DNA from: Nemertoderma westbladi
Taxonomy: Eukaryota; Animalia; Xenacoelomorpha
NCBI GenBank assembly: GCA_032718475.1
Contig: JAUCBJ010000004.1
Location: 1 to 35,240 of the forward strand
Reading direction: 5' to 3'
Length of the DNA stretch: 35,240 nt
How positions within the stretch are numbered: position 1 is the first letter of the stretch; each line of letters opens with the position of its first letter. Of the stretch, positions 10,482 to 21,303 are shown piece by piece. A model generated the notes under the pieces. It was not told the origin of the DNA, ran no database searches, and saw nothing but the letters and a program-made list of their open reading frames with translations. Made by a program: the position numbers and the translations under genes.

Positions 10482-12985
10482 CGACGTGGTATTGGACGTT
10501 CAGGCAGAGATTGACGTGAAGGGGGAAAAGAAACGGGTCCTGGATATTCTCCAGGCTAAACATCCCTGCCCAACACCTCCATCAATGGACAGTTTACACA
10601 ATCTGAACAAGGAGCTCCCGGTGTTAGAGAAAGTTGACATCACAGCCAACCACGTTGAGGCAGTGGCCCGAAGTCTTCATGGGGGTGCGGGTCCTGGTGG
10701 AGCAGATGCTCTGAACTGGCAGGACATGCTTCTCTACCGAGCAACAGCCAGTTCCCGCCTGCGAGAGGCTGTAGCAGGCTTAGTACGCAGGTTGGCTAAT
10801 CAAGTGGTTGAATGGTCATCAATTCGGGCACTCATGGCATGTAGATTAATTGCCCTGGATAAGTGTCCGGGTGTACGCCCAATTGGAGTTGGCGAGGCAT
10901 TACGGAGAGTTCTTGGTAAATGCATGGCTGAGACGACGCGGATTGATGTACAGCAATTGTGTGGAACAGACCAGTTGTGCAGCGGCCTTTCTGCAGGAAT
11001 TGAAGCTGCTGTTCACGCTGTCCGCGACCTATGGGAGGGTCACCAGGGAGACGGCTGGGGTGTTTTACTTGTTGATGCAAGTAATGCTTTTAATGCAGTA
11101 AACAGAGTGACAGCCCTCTGGAATATTCGTGTTCTCCGGCCTCGATGCTCACGCTTCCTATTCAACATGTACCGGGGTTATGCTTATCTGATTGTCCGTG
11201 GTAAACAGGGACTGGTAATCCTTCTCAGCAGGGAAGGATTCACTCAGGGGGACCCGCTCGCGATGTTGGGTTATGCTTCTTCTGTGTTCCCACTAATTAT
11301 AAAGCTGACGATGTCGACGATGCCGACGATGCGCAGAATGCTGCCGCATTGACAGCCTTGCGGGACTGGTTCATTCTCCTCACTAAACTGGGCCCCTCAT
11401 ATGGTTATTACCCTGAGCCAGATAAGTGTCTTTTGGTAGTTGAGGATAGCGATATTTCTATGGCACGAGAGTTGTTTCGTGACCTTGGGATACAGGTGAA
11501 TGGACGTGGAATCGTGAAGGGTACCCGCACTCTTGGGGGATTCGTTGGGGATGCTACTCTTCAGGCGGATTTCATCTCGTTGAAGGTAGCCAGATGGGAA
11601 CAGGCAGTAGCTCGACTCTCAGGGGTTGCTGTCAACCATCCACAGGCAGCGTATGCTGCATTCACCAGGAGCCTCCAATGTGAGTGGGACTATCTTCAGC
11701 GAGTCGTTCCGATTGATACTAGAGAAGCTCCAACACCATATGCAACGATCGAGAAAATGGTAGCAGACACTTTTGTTCCAGCTATCCTCGGGGGTCCGGT
11801 AACGCCTTCAGAGCGAGACTTATTCGCACAGCCAACTCGTTTTGGTGGACTGTCAGTTCGTAATCCGGGTGAGACAGCAGCACAGTCCTACAAAACCTCA
11901 CGGGAGGGTACTGCATTGGCAGTTGCAGCAATCAAGGGAGAAATTGAATTCTCATTCACAGACCACCAGAGTTGTCAGAAGACAGCCCAACACAACCTCC
12001 GGCTATGGAAGCATGCAAAATCAGAAGAAGTACATGATAATTTGATTCACAGTTTTACGCCAGAAAGGATCAGAACAATCCAACGGGCTGCTTCGGAACG
12101 CACATCAGGCTGGCTTACGGTTGCCCCAGTTGCACGCAACCACTTTGATTTGTCTGCCAACGAATTCAGAGATGGTTTGTCCCTCCGGTATGGACGTCCT
12201 CTAGTGGGTGCGCCCGCAAGGTGTGACGGATGCGGCGATGCGTTTTCATTAACACATGCACTCGACTGCAAAAAGGGGGGCTTGGTGACTCTACGCCATA
12301 ACGAGGTTAGGGACACCCAGGGGGACCTGTTCGGTTTGGCATTCCCAGAGTCTTGCATCATGAGGGAGCCAGTGATCCGGGAGGCAAATGAGGAGAATGG
12401 TGTGGTGGGTCTGCGGGCTGATCTTTCAGTGAGAGGTTACTGGCAGCCACAGAGAAGGGCGTTATTTGATGTCCGGGTCGTTGACCCTGACGCCCCCTCG
12501 TATGTGGCTCGCTCCATATCATCCATACTAATTGACGCGGAGACTCAGAAAAAGTCAAAATATCATGACGCCTGCACCCTTCGCCAAGCAGATTTTACCC
12601 CGCTCGTGGTGTCGGTGGATGGTGTTCTCGGCCCAGAGTACTCCATGACACTGAAGAGACTGGCTGACAGGCTGTCAACGAAATGGATGAAGCCCTACAG
12701 CTGTGTCATGGGTTGGGTGAGGGCACGTCTGTCATTTGGCGTCCTAAGGGCTACGTGCGCCTGCTTCAGATCGTCTCGCACCAAATGGCGCAGCATTGGG
12801 GTTGACGATGGTGCCGGAATTCCTCTAGGAATCTAACTCAATCCGACCCCGGACTTAAACGTTTCCCTAATGAACTTACTTCTCGTATATATTTAGATTT
12901 ATGATTATTATGATGATTATTTTATAAGACTATTATCCTCTCCTTGTGTATTTGTTTACAGCATATTGTAATAATATTTTTAATC
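10482..12985 (+). mobile_element. 5'-truncated CRE-clade (RLE-type) non-LTR retrotransposon
   Basis: RT motifs (GGAGPGG, RLIALDK..GVRPIGVGE..RR, LVDASNAFN, GFTQGDPL), CCHC knuckle CDGC..H..C followed by RHN, restriction-like endonuclease RADL...FDV...E..KK.KY, and a ~150-bp AT-rich 3' UTR with no poly(A). Confidence 0.9.
10486..12836 (+). pseudogene. CRE RT/zinc-knuckle/RLE ORF, frameshifted at the YADD motif
   Basis: ORFs 10486-11352 and 11349-12836 are two halves of one protein; the frame break at about 11304-11330 removes the residues before ADD. Confidence 0.88.
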
Positions 12986-13125
12986 TATGCCTATGCAATA
13001 TAACTATTGCGTAGCTATTTATACTTTAAAAAAATGTTCCAGAACATCGCGTATTTATTAAATAGAATAGTGACCTTCAGCGAATAATAGGCTACTTCTT
13101 GCAATATTTGAACACCTATATCTCA
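12986..13125 (+). repeat. 140-bp direct repeat, right copy (putative TSD)
   Basis: Identical to 10342-10481; the MITE right arm continues seamlessly from this copy. Confidence 0.95.
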
Positions 13126-13873
13126 GCTGTTTCTCAACGAAATTCAGATATTGTTTCATATTTGGAATCCTTGCAACGCAAGCTTTCTAAAGATATGAAA
13201 AATTACGACTAATGTAAAGAATGCACATGATACGGAGGGTGCGATTTCGCAAAAGAAACTTTTTTAAAACGCTTATGAAAAAAATTTAATGGCTAAATCT
13301 AAAATTCCGGCTTTATGTGGACATCGACGGTGAGTTGAACTAGTTGTGTTTAAAATTTCATGCAATATGATAAAGATTTGTAGAAAAATTTGGGGGGGGG
13401 GGGGGGGGGGGGGTCCGTGTCATCAGAAAATGACACTATATACTGTACTGTAAATTCTATAAATTTTAGAAATACAATATTATGTAACCATGTGGGTAGA
13501 AATTATTATGTTGTCTTTTATTTTAAAATCCACGTAAACTCTCGCATTTTAAAATGCGTCGCACTGCAATCTTATAAAAGGGTAACTGCGTGATATACTA
13601 TACTGTACTTATGCTTGTGTGGTATACTTGTATAATAGCAAATTACAGTGCGTGGCTCGCCCCACGTACGTCACTTACAGTAAATAGTTAACAGTTGTAC
13701 AATACTGTCTGTCATGTACTGCGATGGTTTGTGATTGAGATTAAAATATTATGTAAATCAAAATTTAACTATAAATTGCAGTATTTAAATTTTCATGTAA
13801 AGTTACGAGTATCGAAAATGTACAACATGCATACAGTAGCAGCGATTTGTAACAATGGATTAATAATTTACAG

Positions 13874-13985
13874 GGCGTCAGCATATTGTTTGAGGGAAAC
13901 TGAAACTAATGAGTTATTTACTTGCGCAACAATTAACCACCTGCATTGTCCTGACGAGGTTGCTAAGCAATTCCAGCAGATTCAG
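13874..13985 (+). CDS. Putative internal exon (ASAYCLRETETNELFTCATINHLHCPDEVAKQFQQIQ), possibly the C-terminal half of a FLYWCH/WRKY-like finger
   Basis: tttacag| acceptor and strong CAG|GTGAGC donor; open frame ending in phase 0, compatible with the exon at 14667. The domain call is weak. Confidence 0.4.
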
Positions 13986-14666
13986 GTGAGCTGTTTTAAT
14001 TTTTTACAATAATTGAAAATTTGTTTCATTAATTGTTGTAGTATTATTAGACTATTTGACTACAGTTTTAATTTAGGAAGAAATCAGCTGGTATTTGCGT
14101 AGATTCTACCCTGGAGGTGGAGAGGTAACACCCCCCCCCCCCCACCCCCCCCCCCCCCCCCCCCCGAGAAGCCAATATAACTAGCAGTATAAAATATAAC
14201 TAGCAGTGTAACTAGCCTTTGTATAATTATAATTCTTTGCTGAGATAGCTTGCAGCTATGCACCACTCGTGTAATCTCGTTGTAAAATAAAATTAATGAA
14301 ATTAATAGACAATTTGTCTGTTCCGGTGTTGCTTGTGCTTCCCGCGCGGAGAATGAATCAAGCAGCCCAAAACAAGAAACAAAAATTTTTTTATTTTCGT
14401 CGGGTAAATTGGACTAAATCATATCCACTTGGTAGTTGGTGATGTGCGAATCGATTTGATTTGGAATGAAATATAATATTTTCACTTGAAGAAAAAAAGG
14501 GCCCAAAAGGGGAAAGTTGACACAAATAAGGAGTTTATTGTTTTAATTAGAAAAATTGTCACTGTAACCTTATTCGTTCTCTATAATAGAGAAAGTGACG
14601 AATATTATGCCCAATTTGTGACCAACTTTGTTACCAAATCCCCACTTACTCTTTTGTTTCATATAG

Positions 14667-14930
14667 ATATCAAATACAACTAAATCGTCTAATGAATCCC
14701 AGTTATTTGATGCACCAAGCACATCCAGACAGTCGGAACGCCTGCTCACGGTACATGAGGCAGTGGCTGCATGCGAGCGGATTGTTAGACTGAGGGAAAA
14801 AGAACTATGTATACAATACGAAAATGTTCTAGAACAGAGACTCAAGCAGCAACACAATATCTTTGTGGAATTCACAGAAGAATATCTAAAACAACGATTC
14901 CAAGGGAAGTCCCATGATTATATATCGTAA
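14667..14930 (+). CDS. Terminal exon encoding a divergent Akirin-like C-terminal domain (87 aa)
   Basis: After a pyrimidine tract and AG (14665-14666), the frame reads ...RLLTVHEAVAACERIVRLREKELCIQYENVLEQRLKQQHNIFVEFTEEYLKQRFQGKSHDYIS*. This is colinear without gaps with the akirin C-terminus (CER....RE......YE..L...L..Q...FV.FT...R.......Y[VI]S*). AATAAA at 14984-14989. Confidence 0.75.
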   Translation: MSNTTKSSNESQLFDAPSTSRQSERLLTVHEAVAACERIVRLREKELCIQYENVLEQRLKQQHNIFVEFTEEYLKQRFQGKSHDYIS

Positions 14931-15194
14931 TCTCAACAGGTCGCTCGGCGCTCCGCTCTCTTACGAATATATTAATTATTGTTAATAAACTTTCAATATT
15001 TACTTACAACCGGTAGAATTGTCAACACGTTTATCGCATATATGATTACAACACTGATTACAATAAATCCTAAAATTTTAATATTTTCGATCAAAATTAC
15101 AACCAGTTCAACAGTTAATCGCCATTCTGATTGCTAAGCTTTCATAGAAATTGCTGATAGAAACATAAACGGGTCATTAATTCAAATTGCCCAA

Positions 15195-15320
15195 GGTGTC
15201 AAAGTCCATAAATCACTTTTTTATGTTAAGAGGGACCCCTAGACACCAAAACATCCAAAAAATGTAATCCGTGCAAAAATTTTCGGTTGGGCCAAATAGA
15301 GGTATGTGGCTGCCGGACTA
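15195..15320. mobile_element. Possible DNA transposon terminus (Academ-like TAG end)
   Basis: Reverse complement begins TAGTCCGGCAGCCACATACCTCTATTTGGCCC, resembling termini I recall from Academ-type elements; no partner end was found in the window. Confidence 0.35.
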
Positions 15321-15551
15321 TCTTGACTGGTTTGCGGTACTGAAGTGGCCGAAACGGAACCACGGCATGATCGTCTAGCGCGTAATGTGTACTACTGTAG
15401 TAGTAGTATTACATACCTACCGCCTTGGTCGTGATGGTGTTGGGGGTAGGGAAGGTAACTATCCCAGATATCGCTGGACTGGCTCTCATTTAGTTGTTGA
15501 AATAAAATTATTTTATCACAAATTTTCCACATTTTATGGAGGCTACGCCTA

Positions 15552-15649
15552 CGGTGGCTGAATGTGGCCTCTTTAATATAAAAAACAGTTTCACTTTAAG
15601 GGTACAAGCTCACCGGCGGTAAGCCACGGTGAGCCGCATTCAGCCACCG
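15552..15649. mobile_element. 98-bp MITE with TA TSD
   Basis: TA|CGGTGGCTGAATGTGGC ... GCCGCATTCAGCCACCG|TA. Confidence 0.7.
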
Positions 15650-16551
15650 TATGGAGGCGGTCAATTTGAAATAAATGAAATCGAAAAACGTGGTTGTGTT
15701 CGCAATCGGCGCCTCAATGGAAGCTTTTATTATTGACAAGTGAACCGTAAAGTCAGGGTATTTCAATTAGAACACAGATAACTAGGTGGGAAGAATGTAG
15801 GACTATGCTTGGAGATGTCCCATACGATAAATTACTAATCACCTAATATTTGCCGTATTTTCCAGTTACAAGGCCACACTTTTTTAATCCTTCATAACAA
15901 CCTGCACCTGGAAAAGTCAATATTCTAAATCTAACTGTACCACTAGATACCCGTCACCTTTATATTCCATATTGCATTTAAAATTCAAAGATATCTACCC
16001 CCAATCAGGAGGAAGGTTTTACCGTGTAGCTACTGTACTACAGGGCGTGGTTGGCATGACATGACAGAAGGCTGTGAATTATTTTTGCAAACATCCCCTT
16101 GTATCGTCATGTAATTCCTGATTAGTGAGAAAAACACACCCTTAGCTGGAATGTAGTGAGTTGTGGAACAGAGCAACAATCTATTGTAGGCAGGCCTACA
16201 GCAGTGCGCAGAGGCTGAGGGGTGTCAACCTTGAGACACGAAGAGACCGTCGCCGTCCGTATGTGCAGAACTTCTTGGGTATTATCCGTCGCCCATTCGT
16301 TTAGTTCCTCCTCTAATAGTTTGGAAGAGATTTACCTGATTAATTTTCTCAGTTTATTCAACATATATAAATACCGTAGACGGTATGTGTATTGTGTACT
16401 GTACGTACGGTATTACAACATTCAAACCAACCCCTTTTGCAAACACGTGTGAATAGAGATAATAAAAATATAAAACAATTCCCCGGTAAACCTAACAACA
16501 AAATCAGATTTTCCCATTTAGTCTATACATATATGTTTATTGACTTGCGAC

Positions 16552-16595
16552 CAAGGCGTACTCTATACATAATATAATGTATATAGTACGCCTTG
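16552..16595. mobile_element. 44-bp palindromic micro-MITE with 8-bp TSD (hAT-like)
   Basis: CTTGCGAC|CAAGGCGTACTCTATACAT...ATGTATATAGTACGCCTTG|CTTGCGAC; TSD copies at 16544-16551 and 16596-16603. Confidence 0.85.
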
Positions 16596-16917
16596 CTTGC
16601 GACGAAACAAAATATTAGTTACGACAACACCAATACAAATTAATTCACATTACAAAGTAATATTATACTGTAATACTAATAAGTATTTCAAACTAATTAT
16701 TATATTTGTTGTCTCAAGTCCATGTAAATAACTAACTACTTATAAATCTAATTCGTACAAAATGTCCTTCAAATATCTAGCTATTAAAACCGGTTTATTT
16801 AAATTCATATAACTTCGGATGCTACCTAATAAAATATTGGGGTACTTCTTTCTAAATGATTCAGTGAACGGACTATCACATATTACATGTTCTTCGGTTT
16901 GAATTGCTACTTTTTTA

Positions 16918-18199
16918 CCGCTACTATTTACAATTTATACACGCTCTTTATCTGCTGTAATAAAAAAGCATGGTTTATCATACCATCTGTATGCTGATGA
17001 TACTCAAATATATATCAGTTTCAAATCTGTAAATATTGATTCAGCAGTTCAGGTGACTGAGGATTGCCTAAATGATATTCAGAAATGGATGTACACATAT
17101 ATGCTCAAGATGAACTCCGAGAAAACCGAAGTGCTGCTACTGCAGTCGCGATTTGGCACATCAGTTGACAACCCACAAATACGTATTGGTACCGACGTGG
17201 TGGGCTGCAGCACCGATGCCCGCAATATCGGCTTTACTATGGATCATTATATGACGTTCAGTAAACAAATATCTCTAACTGTTCGCAGTGCGTTTTTCCA
17301 CATCCGAAATCTATCAAAAATACGGCGGTGTTTAGCAAAACATGACCTCGAAACACTAATCCACGCATTTATCACCAGCTCTTTAGACAATAACAATTCG
17401 TTATATTATGGATTGCCAGACAAATATATAAACAAACTACAATATGTCCAGAACTCTGCGGCGCGCCTACTAACTGGCACAAAGAAACGAGAACATATTA
17501 AACCTGTGCTCAAATATCTCCACTGGTTGCCTGTATTGCGACGCATTGACTTTAAGATTGTACTTATAGTATATAAGTGTATCAATGGCTACGCTCCGAG
17601 CTATTTAAAGAATTTGCTGACCCGGTACATTCCTCATCGTTCTCTGCGTTCAGGTGATGATGAACTAACTCTGGTTGCGCCTCGTTATCGGCTAGAAAGT
17701 TACGGGAGGCGGGCTTTCTCAGTTGCCGGGCCCCGTTTATGGAACGCTCTCCCTTATTCGGTCCGCAGTGCACACACCGTGGAATTGTTTAAGTCGCGGC
17801 TGAAAACACACTACTTTTCGTTAGAATACGGTCAATAGTCAAATATATTTTAATTGAATCCAATACTTGCAACCCTGAATGGACCCCCCATTCATTTATC
17901 TTTTTATTGAGCTTTGTTTTAATGAGATATCTGCACAGTGTAATAAATAACTTTTTACTTAATATTGTAATTATCAAATCATGACTTTTGTTTGTTCGTT
18001 ATATATTTTTTAATTAGTACATACCGTAATTTTTAAACATTGTTGATTTAATTTTTAAACATTGTTGATTTTAAAGTATACAATTATTGATTGTAATGTC
18101 ATTATGTAGTAATTAACTAATTGTGTACGCGTACCTGCGCCTTGATTTATTGCCCTTAAAAGGTGCGTTATAAATAAATTATTATTATTATTATTATTA
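16918..18199 (+). mobile_element. 5'-truncated L2-clade LINE (RT C-terminus, 3' UTR, (TTA)n tail)
   Basis: Frame 16918-17838 reads PLLFTIYT...YHLYADDTQIY...LKMNSEKTE...LQYVQNSAARL...LHWLPV..RIDFK...GRRAFSVAGPRLWNALP; a 3' stem-loop precedes the (TTA)n tail. Confidence 0.9.
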
Positions 18200-18204
18200 C
18201 TTTA

Positions 18205-18704
18205 CATACACACCATCACTACTCGCGCGGTATCCTACTCCACACACCATCGCTCCTCGCGCAGTATCCTACTCCACACAGCATCGCTCTTCGCGCGGTA
18301 TCCTACTCCACACACCATCGCTACTCACACGGTATCCTACTCCACACACCATCGCTCCTCGCGCGGTATCCTACTCCACACACCATCATTCCTCGCGTGG
18401 TATCCTACTCCATACACCATCGCTCCTCGCGTGGTATCCTACTCCACACACCATCGCTACTTGCGCGGTATCCTACTCCACACACCATCGCTACTCGCGC
18501 GGTATCCTACTCCACACACCATCGCTCCTCGCGCGGTATCCTACTCCACACACCATTGCTTCTTGCGCGGTATCCTACTCCACACACCATCGCTCCTCAC
18601 GTGGTATCCTACTCCACACACCATCGCTCCTCGCGCGGTATCCTACTCCACACACCATCGCTCCTCGCGTGGTATCCTACCCCACACACCATCGCTCCTC
18701 GCGC
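18205..18704 (+). repeat. 34-bp minisatellite, about 15 copies
   Basis: Unit CACACACCATCGCTCCTCGCGCGGTATCCTACTC. Confidence 0.95.
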
Positions 18705-20240
18705 CCATACATCGCTGGAAGTTCGCTCGACATTATTGAAACTAGATGCACCAAGTTCATTGGATTGGTTTATTAATGCATCCCAACTCTCATCCCTAAT
18801 GTTTGTGACATAAATTTCTAGAGGAGCGTGATCTGATGGCAATTTATTATCTTGATTAACTTTCAATGATACTTGTTCCAAAAGGGCTAATGACGCGCAA
18901 CACAAGTCAACCTGACTAATCCATTCCCCTTTTCTTCTAAAAGTATAATCACTGATGATGGTGGTACATTGTTCACAATCCCAAGACTGCAATCATTAAT
19001 GATATGAGAATTCAATGGATTATAAACGTGGCTGTTGAAATCCCCGAAAATCAACTTATTTACATCTGTCATACAAAACGCTTGCATATTGCCCCAGGCC
19101 CTCTCTACGTAATTTATCGAATCCTTCGGCTCGATATAGCCGCCGCATAACTCAACACTAGGAAAGCTTTTTAATGTTAGTGTGATAAAACCCACAGTAT
19201 CTACGTTTACAACATTAATATCTTGCGTCAGATTATTACTTACTAGTAAAACCACTCCATCATGATTTTTGGCATTGTCAGAGTTGACGTACACTGTAAA
19301 CCCGGTCACCTTAAAAGAACAGCTAGTTTTCACCTCGTAGATCAATACTAAATCGAATTTATTTATGTATTGTAATACTCTGTCATTCTGGAGTTTATCC
19401 GTTAATCGCGCTGTATTCCACAATAAAACTTTTAAGCCATGAGTATGAGTAGGTTTATTTACAGAATGTCTTCCGTCGCAAGAGTCCTATCACCCAAATG
19501 GCGACCAATATTGATCGATTTCGATACCGTCGATGGTCACAATACCTTTCCTAAAATCATAGAAAATGGTTCTTCCAGTATTTTCGGATTTCTGTTTCTC
19601 TGCCCTCACTACGTTGTTTAAGGGCGTACATTCACGGCATACCAATGAGTGATCATCCTTCTTTAAGTAAAATTTTTCAAACTCTTTGTCTCCTTTCAGA
19701 TTCCTTGAATTCTGAAGGATACAGTCATGCGTGGCTCTATCACTACACTTTATCAATAACGGATGGGTGCGCATTCCTTTGTCACCACTCTTCACTTCTA
19801 TCCCCTCGGTCCTACAAGATTTTCCCAATCTCATGATCTCTAACTCCCCAACCTTCACCGATGCGTTTACCTTATCTAATATTCTGCTCACCTTAGACTC
19901 ATCATTGTTACCCATGATCTCCGCTATTTCAGAGACCACTAGAAAGATTACATTACGTCCTTTCCGTTCCGACTCGATAGTTTCTATAAACCTCTGTTGG
20001 TTCTGTATTACGGAATAGCAATTGTCTAACTCTTTAAGAAATATTCTATTTCATTTGCTTGTTCAGCAAATTTATTTTCGAAGCACTTTTTTAAATCTCG
20101 TATCTCCTGGATGATAGATGAGCTCGCAATACTACCAGTATCCACTGGTTCGTCTAAGAGATTCTTCAATACCGTAGTAATATCATCTTTCTTCATTGAC
20201 CCCACTCTCGCTCAATTTATCGCGCGCAATTCTGACATCG
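18705..20240 (-). pseudogene. Degenerate LINE 5' portion: ORF1 plus APE endonuclease (CR1/L2 group)
   Basis: ORF1-like RLGK...PLLIK..ILQNSRNLK..FYLKKD (19490-19939); endonuclease motifs WN, DLVLIYE, GVVLL, YIEP, GDFN, then after a frameshift TF...SQVDL...SDHAPL. Several disruptions; RT absent. Confidence 0.8.
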
Positions 20241-20485
20241 TTGTCGGTTGTGTCGATGACATTGCCTTCATTGCTTAAAACGCTATAGTATTGTAGAATT
20301 CCTGTTGTGTGGTTCAAGTACAGAAGTAAAGGTACAGCAAGACACTAGCAGACTAGCCAGCCAGCACTTAGGCAATATAACTGTAGGCCTCCAGCCTATG
20401 TAGTACAGGCTCCAGCCTATGACCCCATAGGAATTTTTTAGTAGAAGGAGCGTTCACTAAACCCGTTCACTCTGTTTCCCAAGTT

Positions 20486-21098
20486 ACACTCATCAGTCGT
20501 CTCAGCCTAGGTTGAGAACACTCCTCAGTCGTCTCAACCTAGGCTGAGAACACTCCTCAGTCATCTCAGCCTAGGTTGAGAACACACCTCAGTCGTCTCA
20601 ACCTAGGCTGAGAACACTCCTCAGTCGTCTCAGCCTAGGCTGAGAACACTCCTCAGTCATCTCAGCCTAGGTTGAGAACACACCTCAGTCGTCTCAACCT
20701 AGGCTGAGAACACTCCTCAGTCGTCTCAGCCTAGGCTGAGAACACTCCCCAGTTATCTCAGCCTAGGCTGAGAACACTCCCCAGTTATCTCAGCCTCGGC
20801 TGAGAACACTTCCCAGTTATCTCAGCCTAGGCTGAGAACACTCCCCTTAAGCTGCGATGACTCCCTAATTGAGTTATAATAACCGTACCTGTGTTATTTT
20901 CGTATATTGCAAAAATAAAACTGTAACCTATGTTATTGAGATATCGCTTATTGTTTTGGTTAGAATAGCCCGCCACTTAACCTGCTCCTTTCCATTAATT
21001 AAGAAATCTAGGGAGAAAACTGGGGAGTGTTCTGAGCCTAGGCTGAGAAGACTGTGGAGTCATATTTGTCGGGGAGTTATCTCAGCCTGTTACACCGG
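20486..21098 (-). mobile_element. Second, inverted and truncated copy of the 32-bp-satellite TIR element (about 11 units)
   Basis: Reverse-complement 32-bp units at 20486-20846, one 20-bp unit, and terminus ggggagttatctcagcctgttacaccgg matching 6441-6468. Confidence 0.85.
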
Positions 21099-21213
21099 GG
21101 TTGGGCTAGGCTGCGCATTTAAAGCACTGTGCCCAAACAGAGCTGCCCAATCTAGGGATCGAACAAGGGCTTCCTACTTGGAAGACCATGAATATCACCA
21201 CTAGACCAGGCCG
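21099..21213 (-). mobile_element. tRNA-derived SINE head (degenerate)
   Basis: Minus-strand A box TGGTCTAGTGG (21208-21198) and B box GTTCGATCC (21164-21156) at tRNA-like spacing, but no intact cloverleaf. Confidence 0.5.
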
Positions 21214-21303
21214 TTTTTTTGAAAATACCGTAGCAAACAAGTGAGAACGACCTAAAGTTAGCAGTATTTACAATGTCCTTAGCAAGGGGTTTTAAGCAGG
21301 CGT

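Larger units (their letters stand above)
9937..13438. mobile_element. Foldback MITE (about 860 bp when empty), probable TA TSD, interrupted by the CRE insertion
   Basis: Left arm ta|taatgtcattttctgatgatacggacccc... is the imperfect reverse complement of right arm ...gggtccgtgtcatcagaaaatgacacta|ta. Symmetry continues to an apex gcaata-taac-tattgc at 10351-10366. Confidence 0.85.

Noticed and set aside
10342-13125. 140-bp repeats as LTRs of the RT element
   Set aside because: No TG..CA ends, the protein is non-LTR RLE type, and the repeat is an integral part of the host palindrome.
15340-15356. Minimal hammerhead ribozyme (ctgaagtggccgaaac)
   Set aside because: Core deviates from CUGANGA and no flanking stems I/III were found.
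18397-18813. Overlapping His/Thr/Pro-rich ORFs
   Set aside because: Products of the 34-bp minisatellite.
21099-21213. tRNA gene
   Set aside because: A and B boxes are present but the stems do not pair; more consistent with a SINE head.
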